64,000 nucleotides of DNA from an uncultured Desulfatitalea sp. (GCA_963668675.2 CAXXMB010000001.1:384001-448000); one strand, 5' to 3'; shown: positions 34,178 to 44,847, numbered from the stretch's first letter. Made by a program: numbers and translations. The notes: generated by a model from the sequence alone, not told the origin.

Positions 34178-35521
34178 ATGAATGTCTGTATTGTTGGAAC
34201 GGGATATGTCGGGCTCGTCGCCGCCGCCTGTCTGGCGGAAATGGGAAACGATGTGTGCTGTATCGATGTCAACCCGGACATCGTAGATGCTTTGAAGACC
34301 GGCCGTATTCATATCTATGAACCGGGCCTTGGGCCTCTAGTCGAACGCAACCTGGCCGAAGGTCGCTTAAAGTTCAGCACAGACCTCGCGGAAGGCCTCG
34401 AAGATGCGCTGTTTGTTTTCAACTGCGTCGGCACACCGGCTATGGCAGACGGCTCATGCGACCTGTCGTTTGTAGAAAAAGTGGCCCAGGGAATCGGGCA
34501 GAACATGACCGACTATAAAATCATCATCAACAAATCCACCGTTCCCGTCGGAACCGCCGATCGGGTGAAAGTGCTGATCAAAACCGAACTGGAACGCCGT
34601 GATCTTCAAATCGAATTCGATGTCGTCTCCAATCCTGAATTTCTAAAGGAGGGCGATGCCGTCAATGATTTCATGAAACCCGACCGGGTGATCGTCGGCA
34701 CGGACAACGTCCGAACGGCCAAGCTGCTGGAGACGCTCTACGCACCCTTTGCCCGCAGCCGTGACAAGATGATCGTGATGAGCATCCGCAGCGCCGAGCT
34801 CACCAAGTATGCGGCCAACTGCATGCTGGCGACGAAGATATCGTTCATCAATGAAGTGGCCAACATCTGTGAAAAAGTGGGGGCCGACATCAAGGATGTG
34901 CGCATGGGCATCGGTTCGGACCGACGCATCGGCTACTCTTTCATCTATCCTGGGGTCGGATACGGTGGCTCCTGCTTTCCTAAAGATGTCAAAGCCCTGA
35001 TGGAAACCGCCCGTGATAATAGCTACAGCGCAGAGCTTATTGCCGCCGTAGATGCCGTCAACACGCGGCAGAAATCGATCGTGGCCCGCAAGGTTCAGGC
35101 TTACTTCGAACCCCAGGGCGGCGTACGGGGCAAAACCCTGGCCGTATGGGGGATCTCTTTTAAAGCCAATACCGATGACATTCGCGAATCGGCAGCCATC
35201 GAAACCATCGACCTGCTGTCCCAAGCGGGAATGAGAGTCGCTGCCTACGATCCCCAGGCCGGCGCCAATGCGCAGAAGCAGCTGCGCGACAATCCCATGG
35301 TCACGATCGCCGAAGACCAATACGAACCTTTAGAAGGTGCTGATGCACTCGCGGTGCTAACTGATTGGAATCAATTCCGTAATCCGGACTTTGCGAGGAT
35401 CAAGAAGCTGCTCAACACACCGATCATTTTCGATGGGCGCAACCTGTACTCCTCCAACTTTTTGGCCAGCCAGGGATTCGCCTATTTTGGTATCGGCCGC
35501 CCCGAAATCAAATCGCTGTAA
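34178..35521 (+). CDS. ugd: UDP-glucose 6-dehydrogenase
   Basis: GTGYVG, KSTVPVGT, SNPEFLKEG, GYGGSCFPKD, FKANTDDIRES, DGRN. Confidence 0.94.
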   Translation: MNVCIVGTGYVGLVAAACLAEMGNDVCCIDVNPDIVDALKTGRIHIYEPGLGPLVERNLAEGRLKFSTDLAEGLEDALFVFNCVGTPAMADGSCDLSFVEKVAQGIGQNMTDYKIIINKSTVPVGTADRVKVLIKTELERRDLQIEFDVVSNPEFLKEGDAVNDFMKPDRVIVGTDNVRTAKLLETLYAPFARSRDKMIVMSIRSAELTKYAANCMLATKISFINEVANICEKVGADIKDVRMGIGSDRRIGYSFIYPGVGYGGSCFPKDVKALMETARDNSYSAELIAAVDAVNTRQKSIVARKVQAYFEPQGGVRGKTLAVWGISFKANTDDIRESAAIETIDLLSQAGMRVAAYDPQAGANAQKQLRDNPMVTIAEDQYEPLEGADALAVLTDWNQFRNPDFARIKKLLNTPIIFDGRNLYSSNFLASQGFAYFGIGRPEIKSL

Positions 35522-35540
35522 TTATAAGCAGAGGCACTAC

Positions 35541-36530
35541 ATGATGAAAACACCTTTTTCGAAAGATGCCCTTGTATTGGATCCCGAACAAGAGGTCGAT
35601 AAAATCACCGAGCAGATGCGTACCCTCCTCACGCGGCAATTGAAACGGCGAGGTCTCGTTGTGGCGTTGTCCGGTGGGATTGACAGCAGCGTCACGCTGG
35701 GGCTGGCAGCACGGGCCTTGGGCCCCGAGCGGGTATTCGCCCTTTTGATGCCGGAGCGTCACTCGTCCGATGACACCCTGATGCTCAGTGCTGCAGTGGC
35801 CGACGCCTTCAATGTCGAAAGTGCCCATGAGGACATTTCGGCTGTTTTGGAGGCGGTGGGGTTTTACCGGCGCTACGATGATGCCGTTCGCAAGGCGATT
35901 CCGGCTTACGGCGAAGGCTGGAAATCCAAGATCGTCATTCCCAGCGTTATTGACAACAAAGGGTTCAACCTCTTTTCTATCGTTGCTGAGAGTCCTGAAG
36001 GAGAGACGGTCAAACAGCGCTTGCCCCTCAGCGCCTATCTGGAAATTGTTGCAGCCACCAATTTCAAACAGCGCACACGCAAAATGCTCGAATATTATCA
36101 TGCCGACCGACTCAATTTTGCCGTGACCGGCACGCCCAACCGCCTGGAATACGACCAGGGATTTTTCGTCAAGTTGGGCGACGGCGCCGCCGACATCAAA
36201 CCCATCGCCCACCTGTATAAAACGCAGGTCTATCAGTTGGCCGAATTCCTCGGTGTCCCGGAACAGGTTCGCAGACGCCCGCCGACCACCGACACCTACT
36301 CTCTTGCCCAGGGGCAAGACGAGTTCTATTTCTCCTTGCCTTACGACAAGATGGACCTCTGTTTGTATGGTAAAAACAATGGTTATTCACCTGCTGAGGT
36401 GGCGGAGGTGATTGGTCTGTCTGCCGATCAGACACAAAGGGTTTACGACGATATCGATAGGAAGAGAAGCACGACCCGATACCTTCATCTCCCTCCCCAG
36501 CTGATTGACCCGGTGGAGGAGATCAAATGA
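35541..36530 (+). CDS. NadE-like N-type ATP pyrophosphatase (amide-forming), EPS-locus paralog
   Basis: ALSGGIDSS PP-loop, NFKQRTR, GFFVKLGDG, PIAHLYKTQV; no glutaminase domain. Confidence 0.85.
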   Translation: MMKTPFSKDALVLDPEQEVDKITEQMRTLLTRQLKRRGLVVALSGGIDSSVTLGLAARALGPERVFALLMPERHSSDDTLMLSAAVADAFNVESAHEDISAVLEAVGFYRRYDDAVRKAIPAYGEGWKSKIVIPSVIDNKGFNLFSIVAESPEGETVKQRLPLSAYLEIVAATNFKQRTRKMLEYYHADRLNFAVTGTPNRLEYDQGFFVKLGDGAADIKPIAHLYKTQVYQLAEFLGVPEQVRRRPPTTDTYSLAQGQDEFYFSLPYDKMDLCLYGKNNGYSPAEVAEVIGLSADQTQRVYDDIDRKRSTTRYLHLPPQLIDPVEEIK

Positions 36531-36614
36531 CGTCAGGATGCAGACACCCCCTTTCGCATAGCTTCTAATCTGGAATTGAATCTGTATAGAGACACTATTT
36601 GAGGAGAACGTTAA

Positions 36615-36863
36615 ATGAGCGATAACACTACCCGAATCAAAACATTCATTGTCGAAAACTTTCTGTTCGGCAACGACGATGGCCTTGACAACGATACCTC
36701 CTTCCTGGATGAGGGCATCATCGACTCGACCGGTGTGCTCGAATTGGTCACCTACCTGGAAGAGACGTTCGGCATCAGCGTGGACGACGAAGAGTTGGTG
36801 CCGGAGAATCTGGACTCCATCACCAATATCGCCAACTACCTGGACAGAAAGATCGCCGCCTGA
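36615..36863 (+). CDS. Acyl/aminoacyl carrier protein
   Basis: 82 aa, acidic, GIIDSTGVLEL phosphopantetheine Ser motif. Confidence 0.92.
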   Translation: MSDNTTRIKTFIVENFLFGNDDGLDNDTSFLDEGIIDSTGVLELVTYLEETFGISVDDEELVPENLDSITNIANYLDRKIAA

Positions 36864-38458
36864 TGGATACCCCCTCGCTTGTCCACCATATGCTTGAAAA
36901 CAGCGCCGGCCGTCGGCCGGACAAGATAGCCGTCATCCAGGACGATCGACGGACAACCTACGAAGAGCTCAACCGCCAGGCCGAAGGGGTCGCCGCTTTC
37001 CTGATCGGACAAAAAGTGCGGCGGGGAGACAGGGTTGTTCTGCTCAGTGAAAACAGCATCGAATACATTGCCGGCTACTATGGCATCTTGAAAGCGGGGG
37101 CCGTTGCGGTCCCGCTGAGCAGCGACCTGAAACCCGCCGGCCTGTCCGCATTGCTCAAAGAAGTCGGACCGGTCGCCATCATCGCCGCCGGCCGTTTCGA
37201 ACGCCTGCTGCGCGCTGTAAATTGGAACGGCATCCCAACCCGGTTTCTGGTTATCGTTCAGCCCAAAATGAAACTGGAACAAATGCCCATGCAAACCCAT
37301 GCATGGTGCCAACTGGTCGATCAGAAAGCTCATCAAGGAAATGCAGTTCGAATAGAAAAGGAAGATCTGGCCAGCATCATTTACACATCAGGAAGTACCG
37401 GTCGGCCCAAAGGGGTGATGCTGACCCATCGGAACATTGCAGCCAACACTTTTTCGATCTGCGAGTATCTGGCACTGACATCCGAAGATATACAAATGGT
37501 TGTACTGCCATTCTTCTATGTGATGGGCAAGTCTCTGCTGAATACCCACATCGCCGCCGGCGGGACGGTTGTGATCAACAACAAATTCGCTTTTCCGGCC
37601 GACGTTCTCAACCAGATGAAAAGAGAAAGCGTGACCGGCTTCGCAGGTGTTCCCTCGACTTATGCCTATTTGCTGCACCGTTCTCCTCTTCGCAGTATGC
37701 GCAACGAACTGCCCGCGCTGCGCTATTGCACACAGGCCGGCGGTCATATGCCCAGAAAGCTTAAACAAGAGCTGCTAACCGTTTTACCCGAGCATACCCA
37801 ACTGATCATCATGTACGGGGCAACCGAAGCCTCAGCCCGGCTGGCTTATGTACCACCCGACAGGCTAAGAGACAAAATCGATTCCATCGGCATCCCGATC
37901 CCCGGCGTGGAATTGATGGTCACCGATGAGCATGGCAATCCGGTGCCCAACTGCCAACAAGGTGAACTGTTGGCCGGTGGCGACAACATCATGAAAGGCT
38001 ACTGGCAATCGCTTCAAGATACTCAGGCTGTCATAACCAACGGCATGTATCGCACCGGGGATCTTGGTTATTGCGATGAGGATGGGTTCTACTTTGTGGT
38101 GGGGCGCAAGGATGGCTTGGTCAAAGTCGGCGGACATCGGATCAATCCCCAGGAGGTGGAAGACGCATTAATCGAAACAGGGTTGCTCATCGAAGCCACA
38201 GTATTAGGCATCGACGACCCCCTAATGGGGAAACGACTCGTCGCCCTGGCCGTAGCAAAGGAGACCGGATTAGAAGATCAACAAATTCTCGAAGGCTGCA
38301 CCGCCCTGCTGCCGCGCTACAAGGTACCCAGCGAAGTCAAACTCACCAGGTCACTGCCCAAAAACAGCAATGGGAAGATAGACAAAGAGAAATGCTTACA
38401 AATGGTGCAGCAAATAACTGCAACTGGCCAAAAAGCAAAAGCGGCGGCAACATCATAA
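36863..38458 (+). CDS. AMP-forming adenylation enzyme (ANL family)
   Basis: YTSGSTGRPKG, MYGATEA, YRTGDLG, PKNSNGKID; TGATG coupling to the carrier protein. Confidence 0.92.
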   Translation: MDTPSLVHHMLENSAGRRPDKIAVIQDDRRTTYEELNRQAEGVAAFLIGQKVRRGDRVVLLSENSIEYIAGYYGILKAGAVAVPLSSDLKPAGLSALLKEVGPVAIIAAGRFERLLRAVNWNGIPTRFLVIVQPKMKLEQMPMQTHAWCQLVDQKAHQGNAVRIEKEDLASIIYTSGSTGRPKGVMLTHRNIAANTFSICEYLALTSEDIQMVVLPFFYVMGKSLLNTHIAAGGTVVINNKFAFPADVLNQMKRESVTGFAGVPSTYAYLLHRSPLRSMRNELPALRYCTQAGGHMPRKLKQELLTVLPEHTQLIIMYGATEASARLAYVPPDRLRDKIDSIGIPIPGVELMVTDEHGNPVPNCQQGELLAGGDNIMKGYWQSLQDTQAVITNGMYRTGDLGYCDEDGFYFVVGRKDGLVKVGGHRINPQEVEDALIETGLLIEATVLGIDDPLMGKRLVALAVAKETGLEDQQILEGCTALLPRYKVPSEVKLTRSLPKNSNGKIDKEKCLQMVQQITATGQKAKAAATS

Positions 38459-38512
38459 AGATTTTCCTATTTAATCATGGATATGATGAATTCGAATACC
38501 TTAAAAAAAAAG

Positions 38513-38579
38513 AAATCCGAAATCCGAATATCGAAATCCGAAACAAATTCGAAATTCGAATAAATAAATGTCCGAAACA
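38513..38579 (+). repeat. Heptamer (AAATCCG/AATTCGA) tandem repeat
   Basis: Same family as 47749-47792, 48110-48174 and 60809-60900. Confidence 0.8.
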
Positions 38580-38631
38580 TTTGGTTAAAGAGATAGTATT
38601 ACCTACTTCAAATAAAGGAAGCAGACCGCAC

Positions 38632-38757
38632 TATTAACCTGGCAATTAATTACCTTAGCAATCGTCATTCCAGCAGAGGCCTTAATCCAGACCGTTCCTT
38701 GATCCCGGATCAAGTCCGGGATGACAAAAGTTGGCCTATTTAATTGCCGGTTTAATA
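38632..38757. mobile_element. MITE-like element with 18-bp imperfect TIRs around GTCAT-family hairpins
   Basis: TATTAACCTGGCAATTAA ... TTAATTGCCGGTTTAATA (16/18 complementary). Confidence 0.65.
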
Positions 38758-38778
38758 ACAAAACGGGAAGTCTCAACT

Positions 38779-39897
38779 ATGACAAAAGGTTCTCTCCAAA
38801 TCCACTTGATAGCAGCGGCAAGACCCAATTTCATGAAGATTGCCCCTCTTTTCCACGAATTAAAGAAGCGCTCCTGGGCCCAACCTGCCATCGTCCACAC
38901 TGGGCAGCATTACGATTTGAACATGTCCGACGCTTTTTTTACAGACCTCAATCTGCCTGAGCCGGATATCCACCTCGGGGTGGGTAGCGGAACTCATGCT
39001 GAGCAGACTGGAAACGTCATGATCGCTTATGAACGTGTGCTGGTCGAGTCTAAACCGGACCTTGCGATCGTGGTCGGGGATGTCAACTCTACCTTGGCGG
39101 CAACCGTGGCGTCAGTGAAGCTGGGCATTCCCGTGGCGCATCTCGAAGCCGGTCTGCGATCGTTCGACAGAACCATGCCCGAAGAGATTAATCGTATCCT
39201 CACCGATTCCGTCGCCGATATTTTATGGACCCCATCACCGGACGGGGATCACAATCTGTTAAAAGAAGGTGTCGCAGGCGAAAAGATTGAGCGCGTTGGC
39301 AACATCATGATCGATTCCCTTGAAATGCTTCGCCAGAAGATCGAGGACAACGGCGCTTATCGCGAGCTTGGGCTGACCCCCGGTACATACGGTATTGTGA
39401 CCCTGCACCGACCGGCCAACGTAGACAGCAAGGACAGCCTTGAAAGAATCTGTCGGATTCTTAGCCGCATCAGCCTTGAAACGCCCCTCGTCTTCCCAGT
39501 TCATCCCCGAACCAGGGCCCGGTTGGAAGAGTTTGGACTCGCAGAAGCGCTCACATCGGAGCCGAACATCAATGTCGCAGCTCCCCAAAGCTATATCCGA
39601 TTCATGAATATGGTGTTCAACTGTCGCATTGCCATTACCGATTCGGGAGGCATCCAAGAAGAAACCTCCTATATGGGTATTCCCTGTTTGACCGTCCGAC
39701 CCAACACGGAGCGTCCGATAACAGTCACCCAAGGTACCAACCGCCTTACTTCCATAGCGGATATGGAAGCCACGGCCAAGGAGATTCTTAACGGCCAGAG
39801 CGAATCGGTCCGGAAGGCAACTCCTATTGAACTCTGGGACGGGAAAACGGCTGTTAGGGTGGCAGACGCCATTTACAAACGCTTTTTGACCAATTAA
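38779..39897 (+). CDS. wecB: UDP-N-acetylglucosamine 2-epimerase (non-hydrolysing)
   Basis: ARPNFMK, HTGQHYD, GDVNST, HLEAGLRS, MPEEINR, TDSGGIQEE, TERP. Confidence 0.93.
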   Translation: MTKGSLQIHLIAAARPNFMKIAPLFHELKKRSWAQPAIVHTGQHYDLNMSDAFFTDLNLPEPDIHLGVGSGTHAEQTGNVMIAYERVLVESKPDLAIVVGDVNSTLAATVASVKLGIPVAHLEAGLRSFDRTMPEEINRILTDSVADILWTPSPDGDHNLLKEGVAGEKIERVGNIMIDSLEMLRQKIEDNGAYRELGLTPGTYGIVTLHRPANVDSKDSLERICRILSRISLETPLVFPVHPRTRARLEEFGLAEALTSEPNINVAAPQSYIRFMNMVFNCRIAITDSGGIQEETSYMGIPCLTVRPNTERPITVTQGTNRLTSIADMEATAKEILNGQSESVRKATPIELWDGKTAVRVADAIYKRFLTN

Positions 39898-39932
39898 GGA
39901 AAGGTAAGAAAAACAATACAACACACACATTA

Positions 39933-41069
39933 ATAGAAAAGCTCGAACGTTCCGAATATGACACGTGGGAGAAGTATGTAAAACAGAATCCCCGTGCCAC
40001 CTTCGCCCATCTTCCCGGCGTCTCGCAGGCTTTTGAAAATGCCTATGGCGTAAAGACCGTCACTCTGGCTGCCTATCGAACCAGTGGGCCTGCGAGCGAC
40101 CGCCAAACCCAAGGCCTACATGCCGCGAAAAATATCGTCGGCATCCTGCCATTGGTCCACCTCAAAAACTTCCTGTTCGGAAATGAACTGGTATCAATGC
40201 CGTATCTCGATACCGGCGGTATCATCGCCGACGATCATGAGGCCCATCACGCACTCGAACAGGAAGCCGTCCAATTTGCCGCCGTCAGAAATATTCCCAA
40301 AGTAGAATTCAGGCAGTCCGATGAGAGATTAGCAGGCACTTCTCAAGCAGATGGAGAGCGGCCTCCAGCATATCCGGGCCAGCCTGCACTGCAAGGATTT
40401 GAAGTCCAGACACTGCGACATAAAGTACGCATGATTCTCGAACTGCCCGAGTCCGCTGAAGCGCTGATGCAGTCCCTCAAATCAAAGCGCCGCAGTCAGA
40501 TACGTAAACCGATGCGTGACGGCCTTACTGTACAGGTGGGGGGGCAGGAGCTGTTGGACGACTTCTACGACATTTTTTGCGTCAACATGCGCGATCTTGG
40601 CTCGCCGGTACATTCGAAGTCGTTCTTCAGGGAGATGCTCCAATCTCTGCCCGGGCAGATGCACATCCTGTTGGCCCGCAATCAAGAAACCCCGCTCGCC
40701 GCATCCGTCGTCATTGGTTTCGGTGACTGTCTCTACAACCCATGGGCTTCTTCACTGAAAGCATATAAAAAACTCAACGCGAACATGCTGCTTTATTGGC
40801 ATATGCTGGAGTTTGGTTGCCAACATCACTTCAAGTATTTCGATTTCGGGAGATCCACACCCAATGAGGGGACTTACAACTTCAAATCACAGTGGGGAGC
40901 CACCCCTCACCCTCTCGAATGGACGGTGTATACGCGCGACCCGGCTTCCCCTGTTGAGGCAGGGGGAGACAAAGAGAAGTTCTCAGCCATCATCGAATGC
41001 TGGAAAAGACTCCCGGTGGGGATCACTCGCTGGCTTGGACCGAAAATCCGTAAACACATCAGCCTTTAA
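39933..41069 (+). CDS. FemAB-like (GNAT) transferase, exosortase-system type; start codon uncertain
   Basis: GILPLV, LVSMPY, NMRDLGSP, NMLLYW, FDFGRS, FKSQWGA; the frame stays open and family-like upstream of the TTG at 40152. Confidence 0.8.
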   Translation: MEKLERSEYDTWEKYVKQNPRATFAHLPGVSQAFENAYGVKTVTLAAYRTSGPASDRQTQGLHAAKNIVGILPLVHLKNFLFGNELVSMPYLDTGGIIADDHEAHHALEQEAVQFAAVRNIPKVEFRQSDERLAGTSQADGERPPAYPGQPALQGFEVQTLRHKVRMILELPESAEALMQSLKSKRRSQIRKPMRDGLTVQVGGQELLDDFYDIFCVNMRDLGSPVHSKSFFREMLQSLPGQMHILLARNQETPLAASVVIGFGDCLYNPWASSLKAYKKLNANMLLYWHMLEFGCQHHFKYFDFGRSTPNEGTYNFKSQWGATPHPLEWTVYTRDPASPVEAGGDKEKFSAIIECWKRLPVGITRWLGPKIRKHISL

Positions 41070-41081
41070 ATAGAATTGACA

Positions 41082-42323
41082 ATGCACATCGGAAGAACAC
41101 TACCGCCTGCAGCTGCCCCGCTAGGCCTCAGAGATATTATCAACGGGCTTCGGGGGATGCTGCATCCAACAGCTGCCATAGCAGCCTTCGAGCGTTCGAT
41201 TCGCCGGTTTTTCCGAACCGACTATTGCTTTACCGTATCATCGGGTGCGGCCGCCCTGACGCTGATCCTGAGGGCAGCAAGAGAGTTGGCGCCATCAAGG
41301 GACATCGTCATCGTACCGGCATACACATGCTATTCTGTCCCGGCTTCTGTCAAACGGGCTGGACTGGAAATTCATCCTTGCGACATCGATCCTCACACCC
41401 TCGACTTCGATCATAAGCAGCTGGCCAGGACTCTGCAGATGAAAGCTGACCGGGTGCTTGCTGTGGTGCCGACCCACCTGTTCGGCTTTCCGGCCGATGT
41501 GAATCGTGTACGACAACTCATCGGCAAGGCACCGATCTTTGTGATCGAGGATGCGGCACAGGCAATGGGGGCTGTAGACTTCACAGGTTCCTTGGGGTTA
41601 TCCGGCGACATCGGCTTCTTTAGCCTGGGCCGCGGAAAAGCCTTTTCCACTATGGGGGGCGGTATCATCATTACCAACCACAAAGTATTGGGTATCGGAG
41701 TGGCTCAGCAGGTTGGGCAAAGTCCCGAACCCGGTATCCTGCAGACGGCGCGCACGGTTCTCATGGCACTCTTCGTATACGGACTCTCTGTGCCAGCGTT
41801 GTTTTGGCTGCCTAAAGCCATGCCGTTTTTGGGAATCGGCGAAACAGTCTATGATCCCGACTTTAGTATCAGCCATTTTTCAGGGTTCCAGGCCGGGCTT
41901 GCGCAAGGATGGGAAAAACGGCTGGCAAACTTTCAAGAGAGGCGAAAACGCAATGCTCAGCATTGGCGTAGTGTTATCGCCCACCTCCCAAATATGGTTG
42001 AGTTAGACTACCCTGATTTCATGTCCAATTTGATACGCTTCCCTCTGGCATTGGACCAAAGCGGACGTCGGAAAGCATTGCTGGAAAACAGCGAACGCCG
42101 GGGGCTTGGTATCATGCCAGGGTATCCGGATGCCATCACCCACATATCACAATTACGGCAGGAGATGGTCGGCTATGATTGCCCTCAAGCCAGGCGCACT
42201 GCCAAAAGCCTGGTGACATTGCCTGTCCATAGCTGGGTCGGGGCCGGAGACCGGGCTCGCATCGCAGCTGAACTCACCTTGGTGGACAAACCAAACGATT
42301 CGTACAAGGCGGTCCAGGCTTGA
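41082..42323 (+). CDS. DegT/DnrJ/EryC1 family PLP-dependent sugar aminotransferase
   Basis: SSGAAAL, VPAYTC, THLFG, IEDAAQA, FSLGRGK (PLP Lys), TLPVH. Confidence 0.85.
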   Translation: MHIGRTLPPAAAPLGLRDIINGLRGMLHPTAAIAAFERSIRRFFRTDYCFTVSSGAAALTLILRAARELAPSRDIVIVPAYTCYSVPASVKRAGLEIHPCDIDPHTLDFDHKQLARTLQMKADRVLAVVPTHLFGFPADVNRVRQLIGKAPIFVIEDAAQAMGAVDFTGSLGLSGDIGFFSLGRGKAFSTMGGGIIITNHKVLGIGVAQQVGQSPEPGILQTARTVLMALFVYGLSVPALFWLPKAMPFLGIGETVYDPDFSISHFSGFQAGLAQGWEKRLANFQERRKRNAQHWRSVIAHLPNMVELDYPDFMSNLIRFPLALDQSGRRKALLENSERRGLGIMPGYPDAITHISQLRQEMVGYDCPQARRTAKSLVTLPVHSWVGAGDRARIAAELTLVDKPNDSYKAVQA

Positions 42324-43276
42324 AAACGAAACTTATCATCACGATCGATACGGAAGAGGATAATTGGGGGGCGTATCATTCCGGGGGGCACACCGTCCGA
42401 AACATAGCGCAGGTACCCAGGCTGCAGGCGCTCTTCGACCGTTACGGGGCCAAGCCCACCTATCTGGTCAACTGGCCGGTGATCATGGATGACAACGCCT
42501 GCAAAATTTTTAAAGCGATTCATCTCAGTGGCCGATGCGAAATCGGTTCCCACTGCCACCCATGGAATACGCCGCCGATCGAGGAGGAGATGAGCAGCTA
42601 TAATTCGATGATGTGCAATCTGCCCGAGCGACTCGTCAAAGCAAAAATGGCCAACCTGGCATATCGCACTCGCGAGCGGTTGGAAGTCGCTACCACATCG
42701 TTTCGTGCGGGTCGATGGGCACTGGGGCGACACGTGGCCGAGTCATTGATCGAAAACGGATATACGGTCGACTCATCGGTGTCGCCGGCAGTCGATTGGC
42801 GAGACGATTTCGGGCCGGACTATTCGGACGCAAATGACAAACCCTACCGGTTTAGTCCGGAAGCTGTTCTGAAGGTCAACGGCAATGGGCCTCTTTTGGA
42901 AATCCCGGCCTCGGTCGGATTTTTCCAAAAACACGACGCCATCCTCCGTATATTGAGAAGAACACTGACCAAACCTGGCATGCGCCGCCTGCATCTGATC
43001 GGTGTTCTGGAGCATCTCCACTTAATGAACTTCAGGTGGTTGTCGCCTGAACTGAGCCCGGCCGATGATATGATCGCACTCTCTCGAGCACTGATCGCTA
43101 AGGGCAGCCCAATTCTTAACCTCTCATTCCACTCCACAACCTTAGCGCCGGGCATGTCACCCTATGTGAAATCCGAAGAAGATCTGGAAGGCTTCTTACA
43201 TAGGATTGAGAGAATGCTTGAATTCGCAGTGCAAAACGATATCGAATTTACAACCCTTGCAGGGCAGGCCGGATGA
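42320..43276 (+). CDS. Polysaccharide deacetylase-like protein (WalW type)
   Basis: TIDTEED, EIGSHCHPWNTPP, FRAGRW, LSFHS..L.PG.SPY. Confidence 0.82.
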   Translation: MKTKLIITIDTEEDNWGAYHSGGHTVRNIAQVPRLQALFDRYGAKPTYLVNWPVIMDDNACKIFKAIHLSGRCEIGSHCHPWNTPPIEEEMSSYNSMMCNLPERLVKAKMANLAYRTRERLEVATTSFRAGRWALGRHVAESLIENGYTVDSSVSPAVDWRDDFGPDYSDANDKPYRFSPEAVLKVNGNGPLLEIPASVGFFQKHDAILRILRRTLTKPGMRRLHLIGVLEHLHLMNFRWLSPELSPADDMIALSRALIAKGSPILNLSFHSTTLAPGMSPYVKSEEDLEGFLHRIERMLEFAVQNDIEFTTLAGQAG

Positions 43277-43325
43277 GTCCAGCAGACGTTGTCATGCACC
43301 TGTACATTATTGAAAAATCTTGGTG

Positions 43326-44231
43326 ATGAAGATGCAAGTACAATCCCACCACCACGCCACGGCAACCGCCGACACGACTGCTAATGCCATAGCTTATCGA
43401 CGTGAGAACTGGCTTATGGGGGCAGCATTGCTGGGCGCCCTGGGCATCGCTTACTTCCATACGATTCAATGGCTGTTTCATCGATTCATAGCGCCGGACA
43501 GCTACTATTCCCACGGCTTCATTGTACCGTTGATTAGCCTATATTTCGTTTGGAAAAAGCGCACCTCGCTCGATTACGCTGAACATGAAACAGGCAAAAT
43601 CGGCGGCGCCTTGGTGATAACGGCCCTCCTTGTGCATCTCTTGGGAACGGTGCTGTACATCTTTTCCCTGTCCGGTTTGTCTCTATTTATAGTGATCGTT
43701 GGAAGCGTGTGGTTTTTTTTCGGTAAAGAGGGGTTTAAGCAGATACTTTTTCCAATTGGATTTCTGCTGTTCATGTTCCCGGTTCCGGAAGCCGTCTTGA
43801 CTGGCATTTCGTTTCCTCTAAAAATGGTGGTTGCAAATATCAGCGTGTTTGCCGTCAGGCTGATGGGAATTCCGGTTCTGCAGGAAGGATTCCAAATCAC
43901 CATTCCTGCCGGTAAGCTGCTTGTCGGGAATCCTTGCAGCGGGCTGCGTTCGATAATCGCCTTTCTGGCGATTGCGTCCATCTTCGCATATTTGAGACCA
44001 TTGACCCTGACAAATAAAGTCCTATTCTTCTTCAGCGCCATACCCATCGCGATGATTGCCAATGTGCTTCGGGTCCTGTTTTTGATCTTGGTTTCGCATT
44101 TTTGGGGATTGGAAGTGGCGCGGCCCGAAAGCTTCTGGCATACGGCTTCAGGAATCGGGCTGTTTGTCATTGGCCTTCTTCTGCTGTTTATAACCGGAAA
44201 TATACTCGATGCCCGTGAAAACAAGAAATAG
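43326..44231 (+). CDS. Exosortase (EpsH family)
   Basis: YSHGFIVP, multiple TMs, catalytic triad motifs CSGLRS, NVLR, WH; start uncertain (43320-43332). Confidence 0.92.
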   Translation: MKMQVQSHHHATATADTTANAIAYRRENWLMGAALLGALGIAYFHTIQWLFHRFIAPDSYYSHGFIVPLISLYFVWKKRTSLDYAEHETGKIGGALVITALLVHLLGTVLYIFSLSGLSLFIVIVGSVWFFFGKEGFKQILFPIGFLLFMFPVPEAVLTGISFPLKMVVANISVFAVRLMGIPVLQEGFQITIPAGKLLVGNPCSGLRSIIAFLAIASIFAYLRPLTLTNKVLFFFSAIPIAMIANVLRVLFLILVSHFWGLEVARPESFWHTASGIGLFVIGLLLLFITGNILDARENKK

Positions 44232-44844
44232 ATATATTTTTATTATCGCCGCGCTTTTGCTCTCGTGCGTCCCGGTTTATCTGCTGCAGTATGACGGTTT
44301 TCAGCCAACGACGCAGGGCGACCCGTCAATAGAGGCCATTCCCATTAATATACAAAAATGGCAGGGGAATGATGTCGCCCTGGAACAGTGGGTCTATGAG
44401 TTGTTGGAAACCCCCTCGATTATTCATCGCAGCTATTTGAAAAATGATCAGCGCGTTTTTCTCTCCGTCGTTCATTATGCCGATACAAAGGTGGGATTTC
44501 ATGCACCTGAAGCCTGCCTTGGCGCCCAAGGCCTCGAGCTGTCCAAAAATGACAGCCAGATTCCATTGGAACGAGCTGCAGCGCTGGGGGTCAATGAGCT
44601 GGTCTATCAGCGTGCCCAGTACCGTGAACTGGTTTACTACTTCTACAAGGCAGGAAACTACATGGGGGACAGCTATCTGAATTTGCGGTTAAACATCGCG
44701 TACAACAAGCTTTTCTCCGGCACGAAAAGCGGTTCATTGATCCGGGTTTCAACGCCCGTCAGGGACGATACCATGAAATTCGCAAGACAAACCCTATCCG
44801 ATTTTATCAATGCAATTCATCCATTCGTTCTCTCAGGATTGTAA
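44209..44844 (+). CDS. EpsI family exosortase-associated protein
   Basis: N-terminal TM, WQG.D, HAPEACL..QG, LVYYFY, GSLIRVS. Confidence 0.88.
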   Translation: MPVKTRNRYIFIIAALLLSCVPVYLLQYDGFQPTTQGDPSIEAIPINIQKWQGNDVALEQWVYELLETPSIIHRSYLKNDQRVFLSVVHYADTKVGFHAPEACLGAQGLELSKNDSQIPLERAAALGVNELVYQRAQYRELVYYFYKAGNYMGDSYLNLRLNIAYNKLFSGTKSGSLIRVSTPVRDDTMKFARQTLSDFINAIHPFVLSGL

Positions 44845-44847
44845 TCG

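Noticed and set aside
35541..36530. Housekeeping NAD synthetase
   Set aside because: Embedded between ugd and ACP/AMP-ligase; more likely a tailoring paralog, so no symbol is given
36615..38458. NRPS/PKS secondary metabolite cluster
   Set aside because: No condensation, ketosynthase or thioesterase domains; the context is polysaccharide
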